This document shows, one piece after another, positions 1-10,488 of a DNA stretch of 64,000 nucleotides. The notes below the pieces were generated by a model. It had not been told where the DNA came from. It saw only the letters and a program-made list of their open reading frames with translations, and did no database searches. Source of the stretch: Eutreptiella sp. 'Long Island Sound 2002' (taxonomy: Eukaryota; Protista; Euglenida); assembly GCA_964036045.1 (NCBI GenBank), contig OZ038378.1, positions 15,314,001 through 15,378,000 of the forward strand. The letters are read 5' to 3'. Position numbers and translations under genes: made by a program. The first letter of the stretch is position 1. Each line of letters opens with the position of its first letter.

Positions 1-350
1 GAGTCAAGGATGTTGGCAACTAGTTCGAGTGTTTGTGAATCTGTACCATCCACATCTCTGTTGTCTGTTCTTAATCCAACCCTGGTGGCCTGAACTCCAT
101 ATGGTGAGCATAACCTGGCATACCAAGAATACCCCCCCAAAATGGCCATTTTGTAACATGTACCTAGTCGTTCCGTGGGCCCATGGGATGTGAAAAAATG
201 AGTTTAGCACCCTCAAAATAGGGGGGGTGGGGGTCAAAAAACCAGAAAGACAATTCCGCACACCCACCCCTATGCATGGCAATTTACACTTTTTGAGGTA
301 TTTGTCAGTATACTCGAGGTATTGGAGAACTATTCTTGCCGTATACTTCG

Positions 351-392
351 GAGTATACGGCCGTATACTCAGAAGTATACGGCCGTATACTT
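351..392. repeat. Two tandem 20-bp perfect palindromes (core GTATACGGCCGTATAC), left subterminal array
   Basis: GAGTATACGGCCGTATACTC at 351-370 and AAGTATACGGCCGTATACTT at 373-392, plus half-sites nearby. Confidence 0.9.
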
Positions 393-862
393 GGAGTATA
401 CGGGGACTTTCTGCCTCCCACCCATGCCACCATTCTCATCACCTACCCCTCCCCCTTGCATTTACTCATGACCCTGCAACCCCCAAACACATTGTACACA
501 CAAAAGAGCACCATATGAGCAAAGCAGAAGACCACCAGAAGCAACCTTGTTTGATGTCCCATCCGAAATGTCAAATGTGATCCACTTCCCCATGTTATAT
601 ATACCTAATATACACACTTACGCATATTGCACATCACATGATATATACCTACATGTGCTTTGGTGCACGATGCTTCTTCCGCATGCGTTGCATGCCAAAC
701 TTGATCCCCTCTCTACCCAAACCCTTTTCCCCAAACCACAACCGGATGCCCCAATCAAGGGCATCCAGGTGCAGAGCATGCCTTAGTCCCCATCGGGTGA
801 CATAAGGCTTGCTCAGCTTCCACCCTTGAAAACAATGGCGGATGTCCATTTTAAAACTTTTG

Positions 863-889
863 TTCCTCCATTCCGTCGGAATGGAGGAA
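863..889. repeat. 13-bp perfect inverted repeat with 1-nt spacer
   Basis: TTCCTCCATTCCG-T-CGGAATGGAGGAA. Confidence 0.85.
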
Positions 890-1630
890 AACTTAATAAA
901 ATTCCCCCACCTTTGGAGGTGTGCCCCACTGTGGCACACCACCCAATGCACCCAAACCGGAACACTCCACCCCAATGCCCCCCATGCCTTGGTGAATTGT
1001 GTAACCATGGATGCATAACGTTGGCGTTGATCCATCCTGCATCTCCCATTCCCTCAAATACAAACTCATCCCCCTATTGGGCCCCCCACAGCTTTTTTTA
1101 ACATGCTCCGCGACAGCGCGGGCATCCGAATCATGGAGCTGCAACACAATAGCTTGCAGATCAGGGTTGTTGTCAAACAACGACAACAAAGGGTCAGTGA
1201 GGCTGTGGGGTTGGGCAACGCCGGGGTGCGTTAGCTTCACCAGGGCCACAGGGGTGTCCAAGGTGGACCAAGCACAATTCTCAAGAGAAGGCCAAGACAC
1301 GGTGCGTGTGCTGTCGGGGCTGTAAACACCTCTGTGCACTGTGCGGAGAGCTACGGCATCGGCCCACTTCTTCAACAAGGCATGAGTGCCAACATCAGTC
1401 ATGGTGGCAGAAAAAGAGGGCCTGGGAGAGCAAGAAGCAACATAATATGGATTGGAATGGACACATATGGAGACATACATTGCAATCTTGAGTGAAGTAT
1501 GAGCCTAGATTGGTTTCAAGTGGTGTGCAATTGTTGGGCAAAGGCAAAGCATGCAACAAGATGGGCACAAAAGGCACAACAATGGAATTTTTCAACTTGA
1601 AACAACCACATGGTGCAAACAAATACCCCC

Positions 1631-1725
1631 AGTATACGGCCGTATACTCCAAGTATACGGCCGTATACTCCAGAGTATACGGCCGTATACTGAGGTATTG
1701 GAGCCTTGAGTATACGGCCGTATAC
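1631..1725. repeat. Four copies of palindrome GTATACGGCCGTATAC, right subterminal array
   Basis: Copies near 1632, 1653, 1675 and 1709; the first three are spaced 21-22 bp. Confidence 0.9.
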
Positions 1726-2629
1726 CCCAAGAGCCCAAAATGGGGTAGTTTCAAACACAACATTGACCATCACAATTGGCAAACTAGAGGTATTCCCCAA
1801 ACCACCTATGCATGCATTGTGCATTATACATTCGTACCCACCTGTACATGCCACATACCCCTTTCTCCCAAAACCCCCTTTTTTACCCGTATACTCCCAG
1901 GTATTCCTGGTATGCCAGGTTATGCTCACCATACAAGGCAAGTTGAGGGGTGTGTGGGCCCACACATGTGCAGCCTCCGCTGCACACCCTCTTCGGGCCA
2001 CATCCGTACACGCGTTTCGGTGTAAGGATGTAACTCCGTGCCCGCCCTCGGTGTCAATCCAGCACTAGGCTGGATTGACACCGCGGTCGGTATACCAGTC
2101 GGTATACCACAGGCCCCACATGGGGCCTTCTGGGACACACTGCAATGCATTGCGTTTTATTGTGCATGGAATTGGGCCCAAATGACAATTTGTGAACGAA
2201 AGAAAAAACGGTATGCACTATTCTATGGGCATTTCTCTCGTGCATGTAGGATTCGAACGTCATTTACAAGCGAAATTTTCAAGGTAATTTTCAACGAAAT
2301 TTTCAATGAAATTTAAGTTTATCTTTCAAACGAAAATTTCAATGAAAATTTGCCGTTCCTTCTTTTTTGATAGACGACATGAAAAACAAGAACTTGAGCA
2401 CCTGGGGACACTTTACCGTAGTGGAGTACATGGGGGTGTTGGGGTGGGAGGGGTGTGCTGACGAGGAGATCGTGCTGTGCAGTTGTGGGTTGAGCCCCCC
2501 CACCCCCGGTAGCCCCCGCAGCACCTCCCCATCAAAGCCCCCCCCCCCCCGCCGAGAAACCCAAACCCCCCTGCCCTACCCCCCCCAAACCCACGCAACC
2601 CAAAAAGCCCTCCATGCTTCCTCTCCAGC

Positions 2630-2798
2630 AACTGCATTGGGCAAGGTTGTGGCTTGTCTTCCAGCCAGCCAAGCCCCGACGGAGCGAGTGTTTAGCTCGG
2701 CCGACTGGCAATGTGCTAATCGGGAGCGCCTGAGTTTTTCCATGTTGGCAAACAAAGTCTTCATTCGTGTCAACTACATGAAGTTGTGCCACGCATGA
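2630..2798 (+). pseudogene. hAT transposase C-terminal dimerisation domain fragment
   Basis: ALGKVVACLPASQAPTERVFSSADWQCANRERLSFSMLANKVFIRVN matches the hAT pattern (P-AS-x-x-x-ERvFS...R..L...l..N). Confidence 0.8.
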
Positions 2799-3483
2799 GT
2801 ATATCATCGCCATTGGCATCCATCATATTGTTTGTGGACTTCGCCATTCCAATTGTGATGCGTCCATCAATGTCTTTCATCAAGGGCTTGGTTATAGGTG
2901 CCAAGATTCAGTGCTATGATGTTATAGAACCCCCGCCTTCCCATTGGGACCATAAATTTCATAATTTTCATACTTTTCAAAAAAATCGAAAATTTCACGA
3001 AATTTTCACGTTATATTTCACCTAAAAACGGGTTAATAGCCCGTTTTATTTGGCTGAAAAACGGGTTAACCTGTCCACAGTTTTGGCACGGGTTAACCCG
3101 TTTTCCTCAATGAAAACGGGCTATTAACCCGTTTTTCTGGAAAGAAACGGGTTAACCCCAAATTTTATGGGCTTATGGGTGGAGGCTCCTCCTCACCCTG
3201 CTCCCGTGGCCGATTTGAGCCGTGAACCGGTGGAGGCTCCTCCTCCCGTGGCCAATTCGAGCCCTGCAAAGCTTAGTGTGACATCCTTCCAATCAGGTGG
3301 CTCTGTTGACTTGCTTGCTGATGGTAGAAGTGAGTCTAGTGAGTCGGTGTGGGACTATGACGAGCGACCCTTGACACAGGTGTCCCTGAAGCGCTCTTTG
3401 GAGGATAGTCGCCAAGAGTATAGGGATGCACCTCCCACCGCAGCTAACTGGCTAATGCTCCCATTTCCCAAGATCTCTCGGAT

Positions 3484-3714
3484 ATGCCAATGCCTTTCCA
3501 AAAGATGCGGCGACCAAAGTGTCCGCCTGCGGTTAGGCAAGTGGCATCCGAGTTCATTTGTCATAAGTGCTCCCGAGAGATCAATGTGTGGTCTCCTTTG
3601 CGACGGCAGCATGATGTCTTTTGTGTGATGTGTAATGCTCCGTACCATGAAGCTTGCATGGGCGAGGGTGCCAAAGATGGCTCCATGCGTGGCCCTTGTT
3701 GCCCCAAGGAGTAG
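3484..3714 (+). pseudogene. PHD-finger-like fragment carried inside the hAT element
   Basis: ICHKC...FCVMCNAPYHEAC...GPCC has C4HC3-like spacing. It is in a different frame from the upstream acidic/Pro-rich ORF 3167-3628, so probably frameshifted. Confidence 0.55.
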
Positions 3715-4075
3715 ATCATAATTATTGTGCACTATTATTAATAATGTACACTCGGATTCGAAGGACAAATCAAAACAAACTAACATTATACTAGATTATT
3801 ATAAACGCTAATCCAAGGTGACCACTCGAAACTATCCTGTCTCGTGTATGTACAGTGGAGGCGTTTTTCCCCATGCCAGTGGTAGGGTTTTTTATCACGT
3901 CATCCAACATTTCACATGCGGTACTTTCTTTTTTTCCTTGCCTCTCCTCCATGTGTCAACTGGAACCTGCACCGGTCGCCGGGAGGTTTGCACAAGTGTC
4001 CCAAGAACCTAACGTCGGTCTGGTTAACCCGTTTTTCAGCCAAATAAAACGGGCTATAATATCCCGTTTTTAGGA

Positions 4076-4183
4076 AAAACGGGCTATTAACCCGTTTTCC
4101 TCAATGAAAACGGGCTGTAAAAGGTGCGTAAGCACCTTTTACAGCCCGTTTTCATTGAGGAAAACGGGTTAATAGCCCGTTTT
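4076..4183. repeat. Perfect 108-bp palindrome (52-bp arms, GTAA spacer)
   Basis: AAAACGGGCTATTAACCCGTTTTCCTCAATGAAAACGGGCTGTAAAAGGTGC-gtaa-exact reverse complement. Confidence 0.95.
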
Positions 4184-4599
4184 CATAATAGAAATTTAAA
4201 ATCCTCATTTTCCACGAAATTTTTAAATCCTACGTGCATGCCTCGCCGTGCTCCGTGTAAGCCCAACTGAAGAGTTCACTTTTATCGCCCAATTTAGCTG
4301 CATAACACCATCTTTGTGTATGGAATTACATCTTGGTGGTGCTTGCGATCCCGAACTGTCCAACGGCAAGGTGTCTTGTGGTGTAGGTTTGGCCATTCTT
4401 GTACATATTGCATGCCTTTGTTACTTTCTGCTCACTTTGTGCTCCGTTCAAACTCACAACCTTGTGTCACTTTCAACTATAGGCACTTTGAACTACAATG
4501 CGATGGCAACGCTTAGGGCAACATTTGCTTTTCTTGTTGATTTACACGGCCATCCTCCTGTGGTCTAGTGAGGCCGTTGGGGAAGGGAAGCCAAGGGTC

Positions 4600-5660
4600 A
4601 ACAACGCCGGGCTGCAACTTACGGAGCCTTCTTTGGCAAGGCCAGATCGCATATGGCCACAGCTCGTCCCGAGCCATTCCCTACGCGTAGTTGGGGACCC
4701 GGTATAGAGAGCTACTTGTTACCCTCCATCATCTGCTACGATCCGATCGGTCAGCTTGGGACTTCGTGCTGGTGCACGGAATGCAATACTGAGATGGACC
4801 AAAAGAGTCTGGTTGGTCTTCGACACCATTACGATTTTTTGGATCAACTGGCCCATACGCTTTGTTTTCGTACAACTACCGCTGCCCCAACACGGAGTGT
4901 AAAGTCAAATGGACAAATGCCCACCGGTGCAAACTGAGCCGGTTAGGAAGGGCATTCCTCCCCTTTATCCTCAATGACCGGTTCGGTGTGGCAACGGAGG
5001 TTATCAACGGTGTGCGTGAGGCTGCGATATCGGGTACCTCTTTTGAGCAATGCACCCGGCATCTGGCCAAAATGTACGATGACGCGGTGGAAGCGGCTCT
5101 CCGCAAGTATGACTTGTGGGTGGCGAGGAACCCGCTTTTCCGAGGGTCGCGTGACATCCCGCTGGTTGAATCCATTTGCCGCGTCTCATCCGATGATACA
5201 CTACGTCGAATGTTCTTTGACACGTACTGGACGCATGAGGAATTTTACCGTGCCCAGATGGCCGCGGTGCGTGCAACGCGTCTCAGCGGTGACCACACTT
5301 ACAAGTGTGTTGTCAACGTTGGGTTTTGGTCCCGACCACACGGGAAGTGGAAGTGGAATCAACAGTACGCGGCTGTGTACAGCGTCTTGAACGAACCGGG
5401 GCAAGTGGTGACGTGGTGTTTCGCAGAGAATGAGAAATCGGACTCCGTGAAGCCCTACAGTAAGGACTTGAGCGAATGGTTGGGGGAGTCCGTTCGTCCG
5501 TGCTTATCCGTGACCAAACCCAAAGGGCACTCACTACTACTAACCTACAGCTTGCCCACTACTCCGCCATTGGTAACCAAAGGGCGTGGACACCGGAGGA
5601 GTTTCATACTATCAGAGTGCTTTTGCAAAGGTCCGAGGAGCTGGGAAGGATGCTGAACCA
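4600..5660 (+). pseudogene. Frameshifted DDE transposase-like ORF (MULE-like first catalytic region, Cys-rich N-terminus)
   Basis: CWCTEC...YRCPNTEC, then FLPFILNDRFGV, then LSGDHTYK...YSVLNEPGQVVTWCFAENEKS, resembling the MULE DxTY(K)...G....F...E layout. Frameshift near 4860 and decay after ~5460. Confidence 0.5.
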
Positions 5661-6429
5661 ATACCAGTAGTGGTGGCCAGGTGAAGTGTATGTTGTATGT
5701 TCCAACAATGGTGTACTTCATCACATGGATGCAATTGACCTACTTTGCCACTTTTCACTTGCCTTTGTTTGTCATTGTGTATGTCTTCCTTCCCTTGCGC
5801 CGAAGGCGCGAAAGAAAAATTTTTATGAGAGGCTTAAGGTTAAGGTTATTCTCCCTCCTTGGGGTTTGACCCACTAAGACCTTCCCCAAAAAAGCCGAAG
5901 GTGGGCTTTGGTGACCTTCCCCAAAAAAACCGAAGGTGGGCTGTTGCCGAAAAGGGCCGAAGATGGTGGAGGCCATGCCTAGTCCTACATAGCCATTCCC
6001 GCTTTACCTAACCTGTCCTACACACACGCTCCCCAGTTGGCAGTTGATGGACAGGCATGTCAGTTTAGCCTATAGAATGTATGCTGGGCATTGACATGTT
6101 GTGACCTGGAGTAGAAACCGAACCCTGCGACTGGATGTAGTTAGACACCATGGTTGAATTCTGAACCTATGTGTGGACAAACGGCAAGGAGACCATGAAT
6201 TGCTGTGTACAACACTTTATGTTGCGTCACAATGATTTACGGTCTTCGCAGGTCATGGCCCTTTGAGAACGCTCTTGTTGTCTGCCCGCTCTTGTTGTTG
6301 TTGTTGCTCTTTCCTTTGCTCTCAAGATCACATAAAGATGATGATGTGTCTGTGATGCAATTATTGGTATAATTTCCTCACCATGCACCTATGTTTGTCA
6401 TGTTTTTGTAATTAGGTAATTCGGTAATT

Positions 6430-6849
6430 AAATGAGTTGCATTGTGCATCGGGATGTGGTTATGGGATGTTTGCTCGGGGGAATTCGGACCATGTTGCCC
6501 GGGGTAATTGCGTGTATGGCTAGCCAAGTGGCTAACCTGGCAACTGTCTACACCTCTCGTTCCACTCCGCTAAGTCTCGGGCCCCGTTTTCGGGTTAGTC
6601 GGGCGCGCATGGAACCCTCGAGTGGACTTTGTCCCGGTAGCCGCGCAGATGCAGTGGAGCCTGCGGTGAAAGTCGGAAACCCACCCAGTCCGGCAAATTG
6701 TGGTGAGTGAGAGACATTTACCCATTGTGGTGAACAAACGGGGTCAGTGTGCACAATATGGTATGGGTAGCACCCGGTACGTGTGCAAAGGGTGTGGATG
6801 TTACCTACACCCGGAATGCTTTGCGGACTATCATGGAGTGGAGCCATGA
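6430..6849 (+). pseudogene. piggyBac-like transposase C-terminus with cysteine-rich domain
   Basis: Frame from 6682 reads HPVRQIVVSERHLPIVVNKRGQCAQYGMGSTRYVCKGCGCYLHPECFADYHGVEP*, the piggyBac CRD pattern H.P...R..C..C...TRY.C..C...L...CF..YH with one Cys changed to Tyr. Upstream frame has stops. Confidence 0.65.
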
Positions 6850-7034
6850 TGTGGTGACTTGAGAGTGTTGCATGCCTTGAATTTGCTTTGTACGTGTCAT
6901 GCAGACGGCCAGAGGCGCGGACACACACTCACACACGCACCCACACACCCACACCCACACATACACACCCACCCACACACACACCCAAGCACCCGCCCAC
7001 AAAGTGCTCCAAAGTGTGGTAAATGAACTGAAGT

Positions 7035-7295
7035 GAAGCGGACCGACTAGCTTGCAAAGACCGGTCTGTTCGGTCTGGGTGGTCGCTTTAAAGTGCAAAG
7101 TGTGTTAAAGTGAGCTAAAATGAAGCGGTCCGATGCACTTTAGGAAGACCGGTCAGACCGGTCCGACCGGTCTTCCCGAACTGATCGTTTTAACCCAGAA
7201 CGCTAAAGTGGGGCGAAGCGGTCTAAACTGAATGGTTGGTGATTTTGCTTACCCGAAACGCATCGGTTTGCAAAGACCGGTGGACCAGTCTTGAA
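7035..7295. repeat. Cluster of GACCGGTC/GCGGTC motifs, probable transposon subterminal region
   Basis: Repeated AAGACCGGTC, GACCGGTCCGACCGGTC and GAAGCGGTC; TTAACCC near 7190. Confidence 0.5.
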
Positions 7296-7489
7296 AATAT
7301 ACGCGTATGGTAGCCAAAGGAATATGTATGTTATTACAAAAAATGTGTTCATGCACGGGTTTTCTCTGGGAAAACCGTGTACGTGCACGGCATGAACACA
7401 TTTTTTCGAAAACCGGGTAGTTGGAGGGAAATTTTTACAGAAAAAAACCGTGTACGGGGAACACGGCCCCCTTGCCCTTTCCTAATCTT

Positions 7490-8955
7490 GGGGTGGGCCT
7501 TTGGACAATGTGAGCCGTGGCACTGTCGTCAAGAAGTTGTGTCCGAATTCCTGACACAACATCAAGACCACTTCATCTTTCTACCGTGCGACAAAAATGT
7601 AGGGAAGTGTATGGTGATGTGCAAATGCCTGTACTATAAAAAGCTCCTGCAAATATATTCTGATGAAACACAGTTTGAAGTCTTAGCTGATTTCCATACA
7701 CCGAAGGAGGCGACGCAGTATGCCACCAAGTTACTTCATCAACACGCGCGCACATGCGGTGTACATAAACATTGGCGTGAATCGAAACAATCAGCAGCAC
7801 CCCATAGTTTTATTTCTCCAAAAAATAAAATGCGGGAGTGGCAGGGGGGAATGGAAATAGAGGGTCCTGTTTTCCCACTACCGCCATCCGATGCGGTATT
7901 GGGGCCGCCTGGTCGGTAGGGCACTGACACTACTGCTGAAAGAGGGAAAGAGACTCCTACCTTCTACAGCAATATTGACAACCAGGTGTGTCACACGTTT
8001 TGTACGGCGATGGAATACCTGGTTCAGCCAGCAACCTGAACATCCGCCCGTCGAGTTATTTGAGCTTGACGTGGCTGAAATGTTTCCTAGCCTCGACCGT
8101 GCAGCTGTAATTTCAGCCCTGGAAAAGTTCCATCAGCTGGTCCTGGAGGCTAGAGGGAAAAGGGGCAAACAGTACCTCTTTGCCATCAATCGCGTGGACA
8201 GAAAGTTGGACAGGGTAGGGACAGGATACACGAAGTATTTTACTAATATTACCTTTCAAGATGTACTGGATTTTGTCCGCTATGACGTTCTATATAATGA
8301 CATATTCACTGTCGGTGGTAGAGTGCTTCGCCAGAAACGAGGGGTGGCAATTGGTGGCACTTGCAGTGCACAGTTGGCTATCACCACCCTGTGGGCAGCA
8401 GAACACGCTGGCTATCCTGCCATAACACCAGTGAACGCTGATGGCCAGGGCCAACATCCAGGGCTCCTTCCTGTGCACCCTTTCAGGTATGTTGACAATC
8501 TTGTAGGAGTGAAGTACAGGTCCACATCTCTGGACGACATCCTCCTGAATTTCCAACATATATATGGGTTGAAATTACAGAAAGAGGCAGAGGGCCCAAG
8601 CCTGAAAACACTACTGTCGCAGCTACAGGTACCGCAAACAAATGACGAGCCACCACACATACAAATGCGCATGGCCAAACAATATGCACCTGAATTACCG
8701 ATTGAACAAATGAAGTACAGATTTCCTGATGTGTTGTCACAAAGAGCCAGAAAAACTGTACATGGCCTCATCCCGTCAATGGCTGTGGATGCTATGTACT
8801 ACCGCGAGTGCGAATCCGATATAAAGTATAATGTCCGTTTAATTTGTGCCGACATGACTCGGAAAGGGTATCTTGCTAATTGGTGGCGACCCTTACTATG
8901 GCAACGCCTATCCCAATGGGGGGCGTCGCCAGAGGTGCTGGGCACTATCACATGA
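7490..8955 (+). mobile_element. 5'-truncated Penelope-like retroelement reverse transcriptase (Naiad/Chlamys-like), one frameshift near 7870
   Basis: Motifs FLPCDKN, PKNK..., (R)PVFSHYRHP, LDVAEMFPSL, QKRGVAIGGTCSAQLA, FRYVDNL. ~85 aa between motifs A and B'. No GIY-YIG after the RT. Microsatellite tract ~300 bp downstream. Confidence 0.8.
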
Positions 8956-9339
8956 TGTGCACGCATTGACCAGATTTGTTTTCACGTAGTGTGCATTCAC
9001 TCCTACCATGTTCGCCAACTTCAGCCCCCAAGCGGGGCTGTCAGTGGGGACAATATTGATGTCTTGTAGTAGTGTGCACGCACAGTCACGAGGGTGAAAA
9101 ACTTTGTTTCCACTACCGAATCATCCTGCTACATTCCCTTACAGTGTTTTCTCCATCGTGGCATTGTTGCACTGCACTGCTCGTTGCACTGCTCTTGCTT
9201 CCGAGGACCGAGCTGAAAAGCCCCTGACTGAAGTGACTACAAGTGGGAATTAGGTGTTTGTCTTTCTCTCTCACTCTCTATTTCTCTCTCCGTGTGTGTG
9301 TGTGTCCCTACCATGAGCAATATTGTTATTGGCTGAGGA

Positions 9340-9490
9340 GTTGGTGCCTGCGTGCTTGCTGAGCTAGTTGTTTGTCTCTCTCTTTTTCTCTCTCGGTTTG
9401 TCTCTCTCTTTTCTCTCTCCTCATTTCTCTCTCCTCTCTCTCCTCTCTCTCTCTCTCTCCCCCCCCCCCCTCTCTCTCTTTCTCTCTCTC

Positions 9491-9530
<40 letters not shown>

Positions 9531-9534
9531 TTTG

Positions 9535-9586
<52 letters not shown>

Positions 9587-9588
9587 TT

Positions 9589-9625
<37 letters not shown>

Positions 9626-9681
9626 TCGTATGCCTCTCTACCACGCCCTCTCTCCCTCTCTCTCTCCCTCCCTCCCTCCCT

Positions 9682-9758
<77 letters not shown>

Positions 9759-9768
9759 TCTCCCTCTC

Positions 9769-9836
<68 letters not shown>
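9340..9836. repeat. Long interrupted (CT)n/(AG)n microsatellite
   Basis: Direct inspection; produces the spurious SL/ER-repeat ORFs. Confidence 0.97.
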
Positions 9837-9839
<3 letters not shown>

Positions 9840-9945
9840 ACGGATGTGCACAATACTTAAGGAATATACCTCCCAAGTCCTGCGAGCTCTAGCTCTAGCT
9901 CTAGGACATATAGGAAACCGCAATCTTTTTCGGTTGGTTGGTTGC

Positions 9946-9997
9946 GGTCCGTCACGGTCGGTTACGGTCCGTCACGGTCGGTTACGGTCCGTCACGG
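9946..9997. repeat. 20-bp tandem repeat (GGTCCGTCACGGTCGGTTAC) x2.5
   Basis: Direct inspection. Confidence 0.85.
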
Positions 9998-10398
9998 TGA
10001 ATTACCCACCCCCTTTCAACTCTATGCCTATGGTCTTGTGGACTCGTGGATCATTTTTTGGAAGCTGAATTGTTGGAATTGTTGGAATCGTTGGAACTAC
10101 ATTTTTGGATCGTTTTTTGTAACACTGGGTGGATATGTTGCTTTGTGCCTACACTAGGTGTCACTTATACTGTGTGTTCAGATCATTTTTCTTGGTAATG
10201 AATTGGTGGATCATTTCTTTGCTTTGTGTTCTTTGCCCTTGTGTACTCCTTTTTTTCTAATGCACTAGTTTGTGTGATGTCAGAGCCAGCCGATTTGCAA
10301 TTGCGTTGGCAATGGTTGCTCATTGCCAATGAGGCTTGGTGGGTTCGGGCTGTTGGCAGTAAGCTATCTATTATCCCCAAGGTTGGGTTCTATACAAA

Positions 10399-10488
10399 AA
10401 TTGGGCCTAATGACCCGGATATCTGCGCTGTATCCTGGGGCATATGCCCCGGGATACAGCGCAGATATCCGGGTCATTAGGCCCAATT
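10399..10488. repeat. 90-bp spacerless palindrome (45-bp arms, 1 mismatch), followed by degenerate copies to ~10555
   Basis: AATTGGGCCTAATGACCCGGATATCTGCGCTGTATCCTGGGGCAT|ATGCCCCGGGATACAGCGCAGATATCCGGGTCATTAGGCCCAATT. Confidence 0.95.

Larger units (their letters stand above)
102..1931. mobile_element. Non-autonomous DNA transposon with ~33-bp terminal inverted repeats, flanked by TA on both sides
   Basis: Left end TGGTGAGCATAACCTGGCATACCAAGAATACC (from 102) is the reverse complement, with 1 mismatch, of GGTATTCCTGGTATGCCAGGTTATGCTCACCA (ending 1931). TA at 100-101 and 1932-1933. Subterminal GTATACGGCCGTATAC arrays near both ends. No recognisable transposase inside. Confidence 0.75.
2247..4232 (+). 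mobile_element. hAT-superfamily transposon, internally deleted
   Basis: Termini TAGGATT...AATCCTA flanked by a perfect 8-bp TSD CGTGCATG (2239-2246, 4233-4240). Internal hAT dimerisation-domain remnant. Clusters of AAAACGGG motifs. Confidence 0.85.

Noticed and set aside
9100-9250. Possible hammerhead ribozyme in the PLE 3' UTR (CTGACTGA; reverse CAGGATGA...GAAAC)
   Set aside because: Core is not CUGANGA and I could not build the flanking stems.
9237-10068. Long ER-repeat and SL-repeat ORFs
   Set aside because: Translation of the (CT)n microsatellite.
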